A DNA stretch of 64,000 nucleotides from Basidiobolus meristosporus CBS 931.73 (Eukaryota > Fungi > Basidiobolomycota): positions 1 to 64,000 of the forward strand of contig MCFE01000385.1 in assembly GCA_002104905.1 (NCBI GenBank). The letters run 5' to 3'. The notes below the pieces were generated by a model that was given only the letters and a program-made list of their open reading frames with translations, made no database searches and had not been told where the DNA came from. Below, piece after piece: positions 38,406 to 51,274 of the stretch; position 1 is the first letter of the stretch; each line of letters begins with the position of its first letter. Both the position numbers and the translations under genes were made by a program.

Positions 38406-39630
38406 TCTTGCGAAACGATAGATTTGATGAGGACTGGTCTGGTGGCATCGAACTTATAAAGAGAACCGTCTCGTTGCGTGAAGTCACTCCCAGACCGGCT
38501 GAGTCACTAGAGCTGTTACGTTAACTGGCGTTATTTACCAGTGTTTACCCAGAAGTCGGGCAAATTCTTGGCTGGATCGTGTGATCGAATAGTCAGTTCT
38601 TGCTGGTCGTCAAGAAACACCGGTTGGGGTGGAGATGATTGGTGTCTGTAAGTTTTGCATGAGCTTGAAGATGGGATCCATTGGAAGATTCGGACTGTCG
38701 CCATGATAGGCATACCACACTCACCAATGGTAGACTGGGACGAAGGAGTTGTGTAATAATGCAATTCATTTCCTGCCGTTCGATATGGTTCCATTTCACC
38801 TTTTTTGTGACCTATTTGTTTATCGAAATGTGATTCATTCTTTACCACGGTTGAATACGAAGAGACGGTATAATGCTGCTAACTGAGAACCACCTCAACT
38901 TTATGCAGGGAGTGGAAACCTCGTCAGCGGTATGGATATTTCCCTTCAAATGAACTATACCTCCTAAAAGACCCAGATAAATGCCGCCAGCTTAGCCAAA
39001 ATGTTCGTATCATTGTCGGCCTCATCTAGTAAGAATTCCCTCATACGGGTTTCGAGCTATACGAACAGAGCCTACCACCCCAACCCATACCGGCTTGAGT
39101 CGAGGAAGTGAATGGCTATACCGATGTTGGATAAAAGCGTACCGTCGTAAACCGATATAGTTCAGTAGATTAAGATGTGAACGAAAGGTAGCGAGTGTAT
39201 GCAAAGAACTGGCATACATAACGTTAACTAGAGCCTAGCTTTGCTTTGCCTATAAGGCGAGACGACACAAACGAAGCCTCACACCCCGTGACGATACCGA
39301 CGTTCTCCGTATTATGATGGTGGTAGCAAAAACGATCGCTGCATATTGGCTGCCTAATGATGGGTAAATCTTGGCAAAATAAGTGTACGTTGCAGGCGGA
39401 TCCTGATGCCGATCAAGTGGCTTTTCTGTATACTTTTTGCAGCAAACGTTTGTGTTGAGGTGCTGAGGATTATTTGGGGATTTCCTGGGTGTTGGTTCTG
39501 ATTTATTTAAGGCTCACCGGCTTCGTCCCGGAAAACATATGAAAGCATGTAATGGAGAAGGCGGCCCATGGGTATAAATGGAGTGTAAATGCGAAATATC
39601 GGATAATGTCTGAATCAAGCAAGCCTAGTA

Positions 39631-40883
39631 TCAAGCTACCACGGTCAGTACAGTAAATCCTAAATAGATAAGGATTGGAAAAATTGAGCTGGGGGAAATT
39701 GCAGCCCCCGAAGTAGGTATGACTGAGGAAATGTGAGTATTCAGCAGTGGATTGCAATTGAGATTAAAACAGACTTACAATCAATCGATTTGTCCGTGGT
39801 TGGAGGGATGGAGTATAGGAGCTCAAACACCTCTCCCTCATATGTGGCCAAATGCCCTGGGAATTCGGGTGTCTGTTTGCCCGCTTCTGTGTAAACGAAA
39901 AGGCGATACATGCCCTCTTGCGTACCCTGAGGAATGTTCCATGGATACACCCGTTGACTGCTAGGTAGGTTGTTAACCACGGAAACTATCGAGTTGTCGA
40001 CCAGGTTCCTCGCCTCGATGTTAAACACGGAAGGGGCTACTGTTAACCCGATTGGGTTCCAAGACAAGTTTAGTGTTCCTGGAATTTGAAAAATTTGACC
40101 TAACGTTGGAATGATGAACTGGAGTGTGGCAGGGGGGTTGACAATGTTGGCCCTTCCATTCGTATTCGATATGACACTTGTAAAGTTGTGGACCTCTGAT
40201 ATGATTGAATCAGTCCTAGGGTTCGGCCATGGATTTGCTAACAACCTACCTTCTGGCTCCGGCTCCGGCTCTTCTGGTACTGACTCGATCTCATCCTCGG
40301 ACGGAAATGGCAAATCCTCGTCAGATAAAATGTCTGGGAATGCCGAGCCATTGGTATCTGTCATCATGTTAACGAATAGGCTACTTCCGGATTGATGAGG
40401 ACCTATGGCTACCTTGTATCTTGGGTTGAATGTCATTCTCGTTTGGAGCTGGTACTGGCACTATTCAGGAAGGACCAGTTAAACATAGACTAAAGCTATT
40501 GATGTGACTGCCCACTTACAAATAGCCAACTTCATGACACCGCTTGCATATTTGGCGGGGCTGTCAGATTCTACATAAAACCTCGATTAGTACTCCGCTG
40601 CATCGATCGTATGCATGCTATATCTGAGCAAACCCTGGGCGCTTTGGAATTCTGAATTATCTTCGTGGAACAAACACAGATGCAAAATCATTTAGCCAGA
40701 GTCCCACCAGATGGATGGTTTCGGGTTGTTACCTGTAGGTGTCTCGGAGTCCAATTCCTCAGAATCACCAGATATACTGGTGCTTAGATCCGCAACATCC
40801 TGGTATTGAGCTTGGCACAAAGTTGGGATAATGTTCGTACAGAGTAGAAACACGCCGAGGCGGAGTTTATATTGAATGAACAT
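39631..40883 (-). CDS. Predicted GPI-anchored cell-surface protein A (acidic linker plus fungal beta-sandwich domain), about 6 exons
   Basis: Signal peptide MFIQYKLRLGVFLLCTNIIPTLCQA; small exons joined by GT-AG introns to GRANIVNPPATL...LNLSWN...YPWNIP...YRLFVYTEAG...PGHLATY...FELLY; last exon IPTSGAAISPSSIFPILIYLGFTVLTVVA*. The domain resembles fungal DUF7137/Kre9-like Ig-type domains from memory (unverified). Confidence 0.72.
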
Positions 40884-41310
40884 GATAAGAGTCTAATGCA
40901 ATCGACGAGTGTGGATGACTTCATATGAAGGGCTTCGAGGAGGGTTGGCTTATATATGGAATGATCGATGGAGAGAATGCGTGATCTTTGCTGCATGATG
41001 TTATGGCACATACATAGTATACACCAAACAACATTCTCCAGTTTGCATGCTAGAAGTTCATTCTATATGCACGTCAGCATTCATCCGGGGGCTTGTTGAT
41101 TCATGCCTACCCGGCCGAGTTCGCCATGCGCCCCGCAAGATGTTTCAAGAAGTTCAGTCTTGTGTACCGTGGATTTCTAATGGGTTTATTCAAATCGATT
41201 CAAGATTCTATCAAAATAATGTACAGCCCCCAGTGATGGTATTTGGAACGTCGCTAATGTGCTTGCCTGGGGTTGATAAAGAGACCAGCTCATTAGGAGT
41301 GGGTCGACTG

Positions 41311-42484
41311 TTAACCGAATACCATCAGACTAAGGAAGACTCCGCAAAGAGTAAGGATTCTCCATGGTACAGTGTTGGCAGATTGACCAACAAAGATTTG
41401 TATCGGAGCTATAGAGAAAGAGGTGAGTATGAATCATGCACGAGAGCTCGCAAGGACAGGCTTACCCTTCAGCCCACTAGATATATACATGGAGAACTCC
41501 GCTTCAAAGGGAGTTAGATATCCTGGCATTGGGACCTCCTTAGGACCACGCTCGTCGTAAATCCTGAGGAGATAACTGCTAGATTCAATCAGCTGGGTTT
41601 GATCCTGCTTGATATCGGACGTGGTCCAGACATAGCTTGTTGTCGTGCCAGACATGTTGTAAGCATGGACATATTTATGCGAGATGTCAGTCCTTTCTAT
41701 GACAAAGTTGAGATGGGTTGGCTTGTGACGAACGCTTTCCAGGTGCCATTCGAATGTGATGTTTGAACCTATTGAGAAGTATGGACGGACGAGGTTTGGT
41801 GCTGGTGGATTTATCATGCGGATCCGGCCTGAGGGAGTTTTAGGAGTGACAATTTTTCCAATAGTGCCGTTTCCCCACGATATTACGCTGTTACAGTTCA
41901 GCGAGCCTATGTGTCCGTAAGTGTCGTACAAGGCAGTCGTGTTGAGGCACCCCATGATATTGGTCCCATTGACTAACGCTTGCTTATCTTGAATTTGAAC
42001 ATCGGTCCCATTGATATTCACTATATCCCCCTTAACCAGTATGGATGTCCCGTTGGCAATGGTGCGGCCATCCCTGACCGTGAAGTTGTATCCATCGTAA
42101 ACCGTGTACTCTCCGTCCATTAAGACTTTCTTGTCGTTTACATAATAATTCGAGCCTACAAGGGCTACCTTATTACCATTTACTGTAGTACTTTTGTTTA
42201 TCGTTAACGCGGTGAAGTTCGTATTACGCAAGATGCTCCCGACTTTGTCATCGTATCCGAGGCTATGCGCGAAATGTATGAAACCTAAACCTTCTTTGAT
42301 TTTTTGCGGACTGATAAGTTTGTTTATCAAGGCTAGAGAGGAGATAAGTATGCAACGGCCCGACGAGAAGCTATGGCAAATTTTACTTACATGTATTCGT
42401 TGGTAGGCTGTCGATCTCTTGGGCAAAGCCTGGTGGGCTATAGAAAAGCAACGCTATCAAAACCAGAAAAGCGCGGTGAGCCAT
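41311..42484 (-). CDS. Predicted GPI-anchored cell-surface protein B (beta-hairpin repeat region plus the same domain as protein A)
   Basis: Signal peptide MAHRAFLVLIALLFYSPPGFA (ATG 42484), intron, main exon with GRIRMINPPAP...ITFEWH...YVWTT...YLLRIYDERG...PGYLTPF...FSMY, intron, last exon PIQIFVGQSANTVPWRILTLCGVFLSLMVFG*. Confidence 0.78.
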
Positions 42485-43061
42485 CGTTGCCTTGGAGACG
42501 GAAGTCCTTGAAAGAAGCATTCGACGAAAAATCAAATGTGAGGCAGCGCGCGCGTTATATTTACTTCCTGACTATATATACCAACGTCCTGTCGACAATC
42601 GTATTCGAGCCGGCCATCGATAGAAGCTCTCGAATCGAAGGGAATTGCCAAATCCAGGATACTCAAGGCAAATGTTATTTTTGGATCTTGCTTGTGGGTG
42701 TTTGGAATTCAACCAGACTATACATATCCGAGCGACTCGCCAGAAATAGCAGGCTCTGGATGATTGGTAGGCAAGTGCTGCCAATTGCCACTGCTTCACT
42801 TAAGGGGAAGGATCTCTTCTACAGGGTTGGATCAGGATTTTATTGAAAATGAATCTGCTGTCAGAAGAAAATCCGAAAAAATCGAAAACCAAAAACAATG
42901 CTGAACTGTACAGAAAGGGCAGGTCTAAAAAAGGAGAAACCAAGCACCGATGGACGTCGTGTTGTGGTCGACAAACAATCGAATTTTGCTCAATTTATAC
43001 ACGTGACTTTTACAATGGTGGATATACAGTAAACGATTTCCCAAACGATGAAAGGCCCATC

Positions 43062-43988
43062 TCACTGTTTGTTAAGGATGAATTCAAGTGCCAACGACCG
43101 GCTTGCGTTCTGATTTGCTGCTGAGCCACGGTTCAAATGTTAGCTCTAGCTGACACACAAGATTCTTGGCATACTTACCTCGTGACGATGGCTCTTCCTC
43201 GCTTGTGTCTGAATCAATCGACTCAAATCCAGGGTTCGTGTGCTCGAGCGGTGGTGTAGTGATGGGGGGAAGTTTCGTTGAGGTGTCATCGAACGAACAT
43301 ACTTCCGCTGTCTTCAAGGGGAAGCTTGAAGAGGTGGGGGTGCGAAGAATACCAAATGGTTGAGTAAATGTACAATCAAAGTGGTCCGAGTTGACGGCCG
43401 ACGGGAAGCTGTGAAATACAGATGTTTGATACTTTTGTGTGAGGTTGATCAGTGGGACAAGCTTAGGCTTGGCAAGCCTGCAGACAGGACTAGGCAGTGA
43501 AGTTTGTGGCGCTGTAGATGATCTCACTAGAGGAGGACTCATGCTGATGGAAGAACAGCCATAGGGTCTTTCCTTCAAATGATATTCGTCAAGTGAGTTT
43601 GCTCTTCTCTTGGTGCTATATCTGAGTTCGTATCAATTGATGTGGTGGCAAGGGTATATGGATATATCTATACATACTTTGTTTCGTGGGACAAGCAATG
43701 GTTGTGAACCATGCACTTGCCTGCACGGAATTCCCATAATCTTTTATCCGTGAGATAGAGGACTACACGCCAATCGCAGTTGCATCTTTCGGATGTTCGG
43801 TTTCGCTTACGAACAGCATTCTTTTTGGATTCCGGGCGCCCCTCGCGTGAACAAACGATGTATATTGTGGAGCTTTTGGACGTTCGTCTTCGTACGCCGA
43901 ACCCACACTTTTTTGCAAGTTGCTGGCACCACTCAAATGCTTGTTGAGCAGTGTTGAATTGCATGGCAAAGATCTCGCGGAAGTCCAT
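43062..43988 (-). CDS. FAR1-type (WRKY-GCM1 fold, Mutator-derived) DNA-binding protein without a transposase domain, 3 exons
   Basis: FNTAQQAFEWCQQLAKKCGFGVRRRTS...IVCSREG...RNRTSERCNC.W.V.....W......HNH.L is the FAR1 pattern. Splices to the 43084-43578 Ser/Pro-rich ORF and to a last exon ending LALEFILNKQ*. Confidence 0.82.
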
Positions 43989-46138
43989 GTTCTTTTGGGA
44001 ATAAAGTCTCGGTATGGTAAAAAGGTTACCGATAGTGATACCGTTCTTCAGAATCGGCACTTCCGCTTTTTATAACTTTCGTATCGGTTGGTTTTCGTAG
44101 ATGAAACCGGTTGTTACATAACCAAAGTTCACAAATCCAGTGTTTCTGAACATTTTTCAATTGAAATGCTCTTACGCCTTGGAATTCATGCGACACACAC
44201 GCTGCAGGCCAATGGTCTAAATTCTGAAGAAGAGCATGACATTACCAGGAGGAAGGTGAAACCTTCCTTGGGTACATCTGGACATGTAATCCCTTGGTAA
44301 TATCGCGCTCAGTGTATTTCATGGAGTTGTTGATCCACTGGGCTTGGTGCATAATGTACCAATGTCAAACAGCCCAAGGATATCTTATCATCTACGTTGT
44401 AGCATATTGGTATGACAATTCCCACTTTCAAGCCTCACCACTCGGCAATTGGGTTCTCTTGTTCATGCAGCCTCTTCAGCAGTGACTCTGCGCCTCATAA
44501 CTGACCCTGTTCGTTTCAGAATATCCTTCATGGCATGAACAGATTACCTACCTGAAGGCACGTCAGTTAGCATGGTACGGAGTGTACACCAACGGTAACC
44601 TGGGTAGCTTGAGTCGGCCTTCAGAGCCAAAACCGAAGCCAGGATCCACGGCACATGCCGCAATAATGTGGAGTATCAGGATTCCCTCGAATGCCCGGTC
44701 GATGCTGATTGCAAGCAGTGACGGGATTCGAGTGCCCTCCAGGCACGTCCTATAGCTGCTGCGACGGCTTTTACTGACCATCACCGGGATCGCGATGCGT
44801 GTTGAAGTTGCTGCACGTTCGATGTCCGATTCGCAACTCAAACAGCGCTAAGAGCAAGATAGACTCGGTTAGAACGCTTGTGTGACTGCAGTGTCCAATG
44901 GATGTTCCCCGGCGATACATGGCTTTGAGTAAGACCAGTGGATCTACCAATGTGGCCAACACTCCACATCCGTAAATAGAAATCTAGTCATGGTTTTCTT
45001 GAGTTACAGAGTGCGAAGTGCCACTCGCCACCAAGCCCATTTGCTGACAAAACTGGTGGGAGCCACTGCGCTCATGTCATTGCCATTACACGGTGGGGTG
45101 TGTTAGCAGCACCCAATAGTCCAGCGTTGGAACACAAAGACCTGGATCACTATTTACCTATGCGATTCGAAGATAATGACTCCATGGAGATATCTTCCCT
45201 TACATCGGCGGGGCCTCCAACCCTCGCCACTCCATCGGCGACACGATCTCGGATATGAAATATCCAGCGTTGAAACATCGATCGCCAAGGATCCAATTAT
45301 TCGCATGTAGTAGTTACAAATACATCAAGACAAGGCCAGAACACCTTGACCAAAGTTGGTCGAGACTGCCAACCCACCTCAAAAAGGTGCTGGATCCACT
45401 GCCTGCCCCCTCCCCGCAGTCATCGCAGTATTTGGATAGCTGGAATAAACCGGTTCGTTCCGTTTTCTTTGTTTGGCACTATTTGCGATAGTTGGCCTTG
45501 TTTGGAATCCACACCATGTTTGGTGACTTGTCCATGCATCCACCACAACATGGAGCAAGCATAGAGTCAGGGCCAGCAACCACTATCCACCCACTAATCT
45601 GTGCTCCTTGAATTCTCGCTGTCGGCCTCCCTGAATTTCAGCTTCCATCGGATAGGCCATTTGCATTAAGGTGTTGTAAAAGCAGTCATACAGGATGCTT
45701 ACTTTGATTAATGAACCCGCATGCTGATTCAGATCTATAGCGCTCAGTGCTCTCTCTTTACATGGACTTCAGCCTCTGGCTCTAGAGAAGATTGATCATG
45801 AAACGAAGGGATCACTCTTGTAATGCCCATATTTTTCCGGATACCAAATTCGCCCTTCGCTAGGTCACCATTTCCAGTAATCTCCCAGTTATTCGCACGA
45901 CAAACTGGAAATCAGTGTGCATATGACGTCGAATAGTCAAGATGACCTTGGTTTCTTAAGATATTCTGCTAATTATTATCGAGCAAATTTCAGGGTGTCC
46001 TAAACATTTCTCAACCCCAAGTTTCAAGTTGATTAAGTGTTATTTAGGACGCCCACCACAGCCACCCTTTGACAACCTATTCTTCTGTCGTTTTCCTATT
46101 TACTCACGAGACTGTGGAGTAAGCATCCATCAGCGGGA

Positions 46139-49100
46139 ATGAGTAGTCCTTGCAAGCCAGATGAGGTTGAGGATAACGAGATATCTGACCCCGAAACCAC
46201 TGAGGAGTCGAGTCTTTTGACCAGTTCAAGACCACAATCTCCCCCTATTCCAATTCCTAGAACGTCTTACAAAACAAACGAACATGACCCCTCTTCAAGC
46301 TCACCTGGACAGCGTGAGGCACTTTCTTCGTATAGGACCCCAATCCTAGCCACTATTCATGAGACACTTCAGCCTGCCGCTGAACGAGAAGGTCTTTACG
46401 AGCCTTCCTCATATAACACTGGAAGGTTTTCCAAAGCCAGCTATTCCCAGAATTCTTCAAACCGCAACTCTATGGCCCGCAATTCACCCAGTACGCAACC
46501 TATCAATACTTGGGACCAGTACCAGGAATGGCTTTCGAAGTCATACACTATGCGGCGTCGACCTCGTCGTTCAGCTCCTGAACCTTCAACCACCCCTAAC
46601 TTTTCTCCTACCCTTCCTCAAAGAAATCCCACGTACGACCAAACCATACAAAGAGCAAAGCCATCTGTCCGCTCAAGCCTATTGGGAAAGGCTCCAGCAA
46701 CTGGTAGCATCCTAGACTATTTTGCACAACGAAGGGAATCCTCCATTCCTACATCGCCCACTGTCGACGATGTTCGTAGCGAGTTCGAAGTGACCCTTGA
46801 CAATGGCACAACCAAGAAACAAACGGTTTCCATGACCACCACTGTCGATGGCTATAGGTGAGCTCATTTTATCGTTAACAATATACGCGGCCCTTCTAAT
46901 CCCCACCTTTCTATCACTGCAGAATGTCGCAGCACTCGCAAGAAGCTGAGCATTTGCTCCCAGACGATAGCTCCAGCGACGAGGTGTACTCTGATGATGA
47001 ATACGACTACAGCAAGCAGGGGCTGTGGCAATCAATCAAGGCGTTCTTCAAGCCAGTAGTGAGTCTCTTCTCACTCACTCCGAAGAATAAGAACGTTCTG
47101 AAGGCTTCTATTGCCTATTTTCTAGCGACATTGTTCACATTTGTACCATTCTTGAGAGACCTCTTGGGCGACACATCAACTCATCTTGCTGCTACGGCGA
47201 TCATCTTCTTCAACCCAGCTCGTAGATTAGGCGCATTTATAGAGGGTTGTCTGTATGGTATTATCGGGCTCGCTATCGGCGGATTGATAGCGTGGGGTAG
47301 CTGCGAAAGTGCGTCGATCTTGAATGGCTATGAACATCACATAGCAAGTAGGATCGTTAGCATCATCGTATTTTGCGGCGGTGGAACGTTTGTTATTGCG
47401 TTCTTGAAAGCGAAGTTTGGCAAGCCTACCGTCAACACCGGGGCATCCATAGCTTACATCACACTCTATGCGGTGCTTATCAAGCAAACAAGCGTTCTAA
47501 ATATCGAATTCACAAGCACTGTACTTGAAAACATCATCCGATCGCTATTCACTGGATTATGTGTAAGCCTGGTGATTGCGTTCACCATCTGGCCTATAAG
47601 CGGTGGTGACAGCCTAAGGTAAACAGCCAACATTAGGTTGGATTGATGCAGAAATTCTGACCCATTTGCCCATCAGAGCCAACATCGCAGTCTCCATGAG
47701 CTCATTCCGACTCCTGCTGAAGAACATCACGAAGACTTTTTTGCTAGACCCCAATCTTGACGATAATATCGATATCCAAGCTGCCATGCAGGCTCACCGA
47801 CAGTCCTTTGCCGCACTCAAGACATCCCTAAGTGAAGCGCACCTTGAGTTCTTCAACTGGAAGGTGAAGCCCCTTCATGACAATGCAACATGGTTCCATT
47901 TTTGACTCATCAAATGTTCCAGGTTTTTTATCACCTTGATCGGTATAATTCCGTAGTCAAGAGTCTTAACAGACTCTCGCAGCACCTCAGCAGTATGAGC
48001 AGTGGGATTGCGATGCAGGAGGGGATCGTTAAACGTGTTAAGACTAGGCTGAGTTCGTTCTGGCCATCGGTCATGAGCTCGAGTAGTTTTGACGGGTTGG
48101 ACATTGAAAGCCCCCTGAGCCCAGAGCAAGAAACCACGTTGGCCGAATTTATTAGATTTGTTGGGCCGCCGCTTCGCTCTTTGGCCTACGCAGCCAAGCA
48201 GACTATCATCGAGATACAGGCTACATTTAGCAACGCCAATAAGATGAACTTCATTGATGACGGAACACTTGCTGGGGCTGTAGACTTTGCTCTTTTGCAG
48301 CAGAACCTCCATCATGCACTAAAGATCTTCGAGGAATCCCAAACCCAGGCCGTTGCACAGCTCTACCAGCATCGAGGCACCGATGGGAAGCCCAACGAAA
48401 ACGTGTTCATCGTGTACTTTTTTGTTTTCAGTTTACAAGAGTTTACCAAGGAGCTCATCCATCTTGTCGGAGCAGTTCGAGAGCTGGAAGAAGAGCAACG
48501 CGAAGCAGAGATCGACAAGAAGAAGTACGGAAAGATCTCGTGGTGGATTCGCAGGATGTGGAAGAAGATCCAGCGTCGGCGTATTAGATCCAGTAAGTGA
48601 ACCCGCCTGTGAACCTCTCCCTGATTGATATATTCATTTTGGCAAACAGGGAAACCCAAGGCACCTGTCCCCTCGATCATACCCGAGTTTTCTGACGCAT
48701 TGGGACAGCATGATCGGCCACCAACGGAATTCCGTCACAAGCTAACCACCCAAGTGTGGTCGTTCCTGTCTTGGTTCCGACAGTTTGAGGTGAAATTCGC
48801 CATCAAGACCGCAGTATTTGCGATGATACTCTCTATTCCTGCTTTCGTTGACGACTGGAGGCCTGTGTTTCGTGCCTATCGTGGAGAATGGGCCTTAATC
48901 TCGGTAAGTCAGCCTTGTACATATCCGACAATCCGTGGCGAATCTAATCAAGAGGTGTAGATGGCGGTAATCCTGGTCCCTACTGTTGGTGCTTCCAATG
49001 TTGTCGGAGTGTACAGAGTTCTGTGTAACTTCTTGGGTGGTTTCCTAGCTGGCGTGTTTTACTACATGTTTTCTGAAACCACTTTCTTGCTCCCAGCCAT

Positions 49101-50213
49101 GGTTTTCTTGATATCTATCCCATGCTGGCACTTATTCCTAAACTCGAACTACCCACGTGTGGGCCAGTTTACTCTGCTCACGTTTAACGTCATCCTTTTG
49201 AACAAGATCATCACCCAGGACGACGATGATGTGGATATCTTTGTCCTGGCGTTCCATCGTGCCATCGCAGTGTCTGTTGGTGTAGCAGTGGGGCTCTTGG
49301 TTACTAGGTAAGCCGCGCAATGTACAGACAATGTTGCCATCCTCTCACACTCCTGTTTACCATCAGCTATGTTTGGCCGTACGAAGCACGAGTGGAGCTG
49401 AGAAAGGGGCTGAGCGACTTCTTCAGAGATACCAGCAAGCTCTACCACAAGCTCATCGCAGTCTATTCGTCACCCATCCCCATCGATCCATCCACCCAAA
49501 ACTCTGATACCTATTCTATATCGTGCCGCTCCCTTACCATCAACGACTTCGAGAACTTTGATGAGGACGAAGAGCACGATGAGGACTCTCGGTTGCTGAA
49601 TTCGATGCAGGCCAAGCAAAACAATGAAATCTTGGAGAACAGTCGCCGAGAGTTTATGGATCTGGAACTGTCGCTGCAAATCAGCCTGCTCAACCTACAG
49701 GACCTTCTGTCACAAACGCCTAACGAGCCACGCTTGAAAGGGCCATTCCCGCAAGGTACCTATGCGTTGATATTGGCCTCCTGCCAGACGATTTTGGATC
49801 GCTTGCTTGCTCTTAGAATTGCGGTGACCAAGAAAGAATGGTTCCTCCTGGTCCAGGAAGACTTCCTGTTCCCCACCAACCGTGAAAGACGGCACATGGC
49901 CGGCAGTATTCTACTCTACTTCTATATAATCTCCTCTGCCTTCAAGCTCAAGACCGCCCTTCCCCCTTATCTTCCGCCAGCTGCCAAGGCGCATCAGGTA
50001 CTGGTTGAGAAGATCCGAGAGCTCGATGTCGTGAAATCATCCAAACTCCCTGATGAGGCAGGTAACAAGGTCTATTATGTATATTACTATGCCTATGTGG
50101 TTAGCATCGAGGAGGTTATCCGGGAACTAGACAGAATCAGCGGCTACATGTATTTGCTATTCGGGTGTGAGGGAGGCACTGCCTTCCAGCACTATTTCCA
50201 GGTTCAACCTTAA
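46139..50213 (+). CDS. Multi-pass membrane protein of the FUSC/ArAE/ALMT-like family (yeast Bre4/YGL140C-like), multi-exon
   Basis: Disordered N-terminus, first TM block (KASIAYFLATLFTFVP...FFNPARRLGA), helical linker, second block FAIKTAVFAMILSIPAF...YRGEWALIS|MAVILVPTVGAS...AFHRAIAVSVG and C-terminal EPRLKGPFP...LPPYLP. Confidence 0.8.
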
Positions 50214-51204
50214 ATCAGAGCAGTATCCCACTTATCTCCATTAATATCCATTGATTATCCCAAAAATCCCCACACGTCAATATCGAGGACTTGAAATATA
50301 ATGACTGTTGTAATACGATTTCCCACCACAAATTCCCACCTTGATTTGTCGATGGACTAGGTGCCAGTTTTCAATTGATTCCATGTGTGTCAACGAGTTG
50401 TCCGGAAGTAGTACAGCTCGCATTCCTCAGATCTGGTGCCACCAATATGGAGAACAGCCGAGAATCAGGCCTTTCATGGCCTCAAACTGGATGAGTAAGA
50501 CTCGAGCCAATGAACTTGATAGGATACATAGATCGATCCAGACCACAAAATACCTGATACAACCGTCATACACCCAAGTGATTTCTGAGATTGGTTTCGT
50601 GGTTTTATCATGGGAAGAATTGAAGGGTTCCACCGAGGCCTTGCTGATCTAAAATGCCCACCGTGACGTGCTGTCCAGCGGTGACGAATTAGGCAACCGG
50701 CGCATCGAATCACGTGCGGTCTCCGTTCAGTTACCAATCAACAGATGCAGAGTCCACTGCGATCTACCTCCAACGTAATTCACCGGGAGAGCCAAGCTGC
50801 TCTCGATTGTGCATTGCTGGTGTTGCAACCCAGCTGAATATCACAGCATTTGCGGGTCATATGAACATTGACTTGGATTCTCTACTTGAAAGCAATCGCC
50901 AATGGACGGGCCATATTACTGATGACAACGCCGATTCCATTCCAATGCCAGGCTCACATGTCAACGCAAATTCTCGAGAACATGTATAACGATGTCCCCT
51001 GCTTAAAGGGTGAGACTTTAGGTTACCTGATCAATCACAAATAACAGCTCAGATACTCAGGAATCCGGCACGCTCGGCCATAGGTATTCAACCGAATATA
51101 AGCAGTCCGTCCACCCCACACCATTACCATAACACACTTGTAATCCAGCTCCGCACATAGGATTACGTACATCCAATCCACTTCCCTCTTTCCATTCACC
51201 AGAG

Positions 51205-51264
51205 GTAAACCTTCATCATGCTTCCACTGCGCTCGGCTGTAGGCTAACCCATTTTCACCCGCAG
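51205..51264 (+). other. Putative 5'-UTR intron of the fumarate reductase gene
   Basis: GTAAAC donor, GCTAAC branch point (51243-51248), CGCAG acceptor 10 nt before the ATG. Confidence 0.55.
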
Positions 51265-51274
51265 CCTACCCATC

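Noticed and set aside
38531-38848. 105-aa minus-strand ORF inside the surface-protein cluster
   Set aside because: No signal peptide or motif; probably upstream region of the 38405 gene.
44100-45900. GC-balanced, coding-looking spacer with short ORFs (ACAVDPGFGFG weakly permease-like)
   Set aside because: Single weak motif, many stops in all frames.
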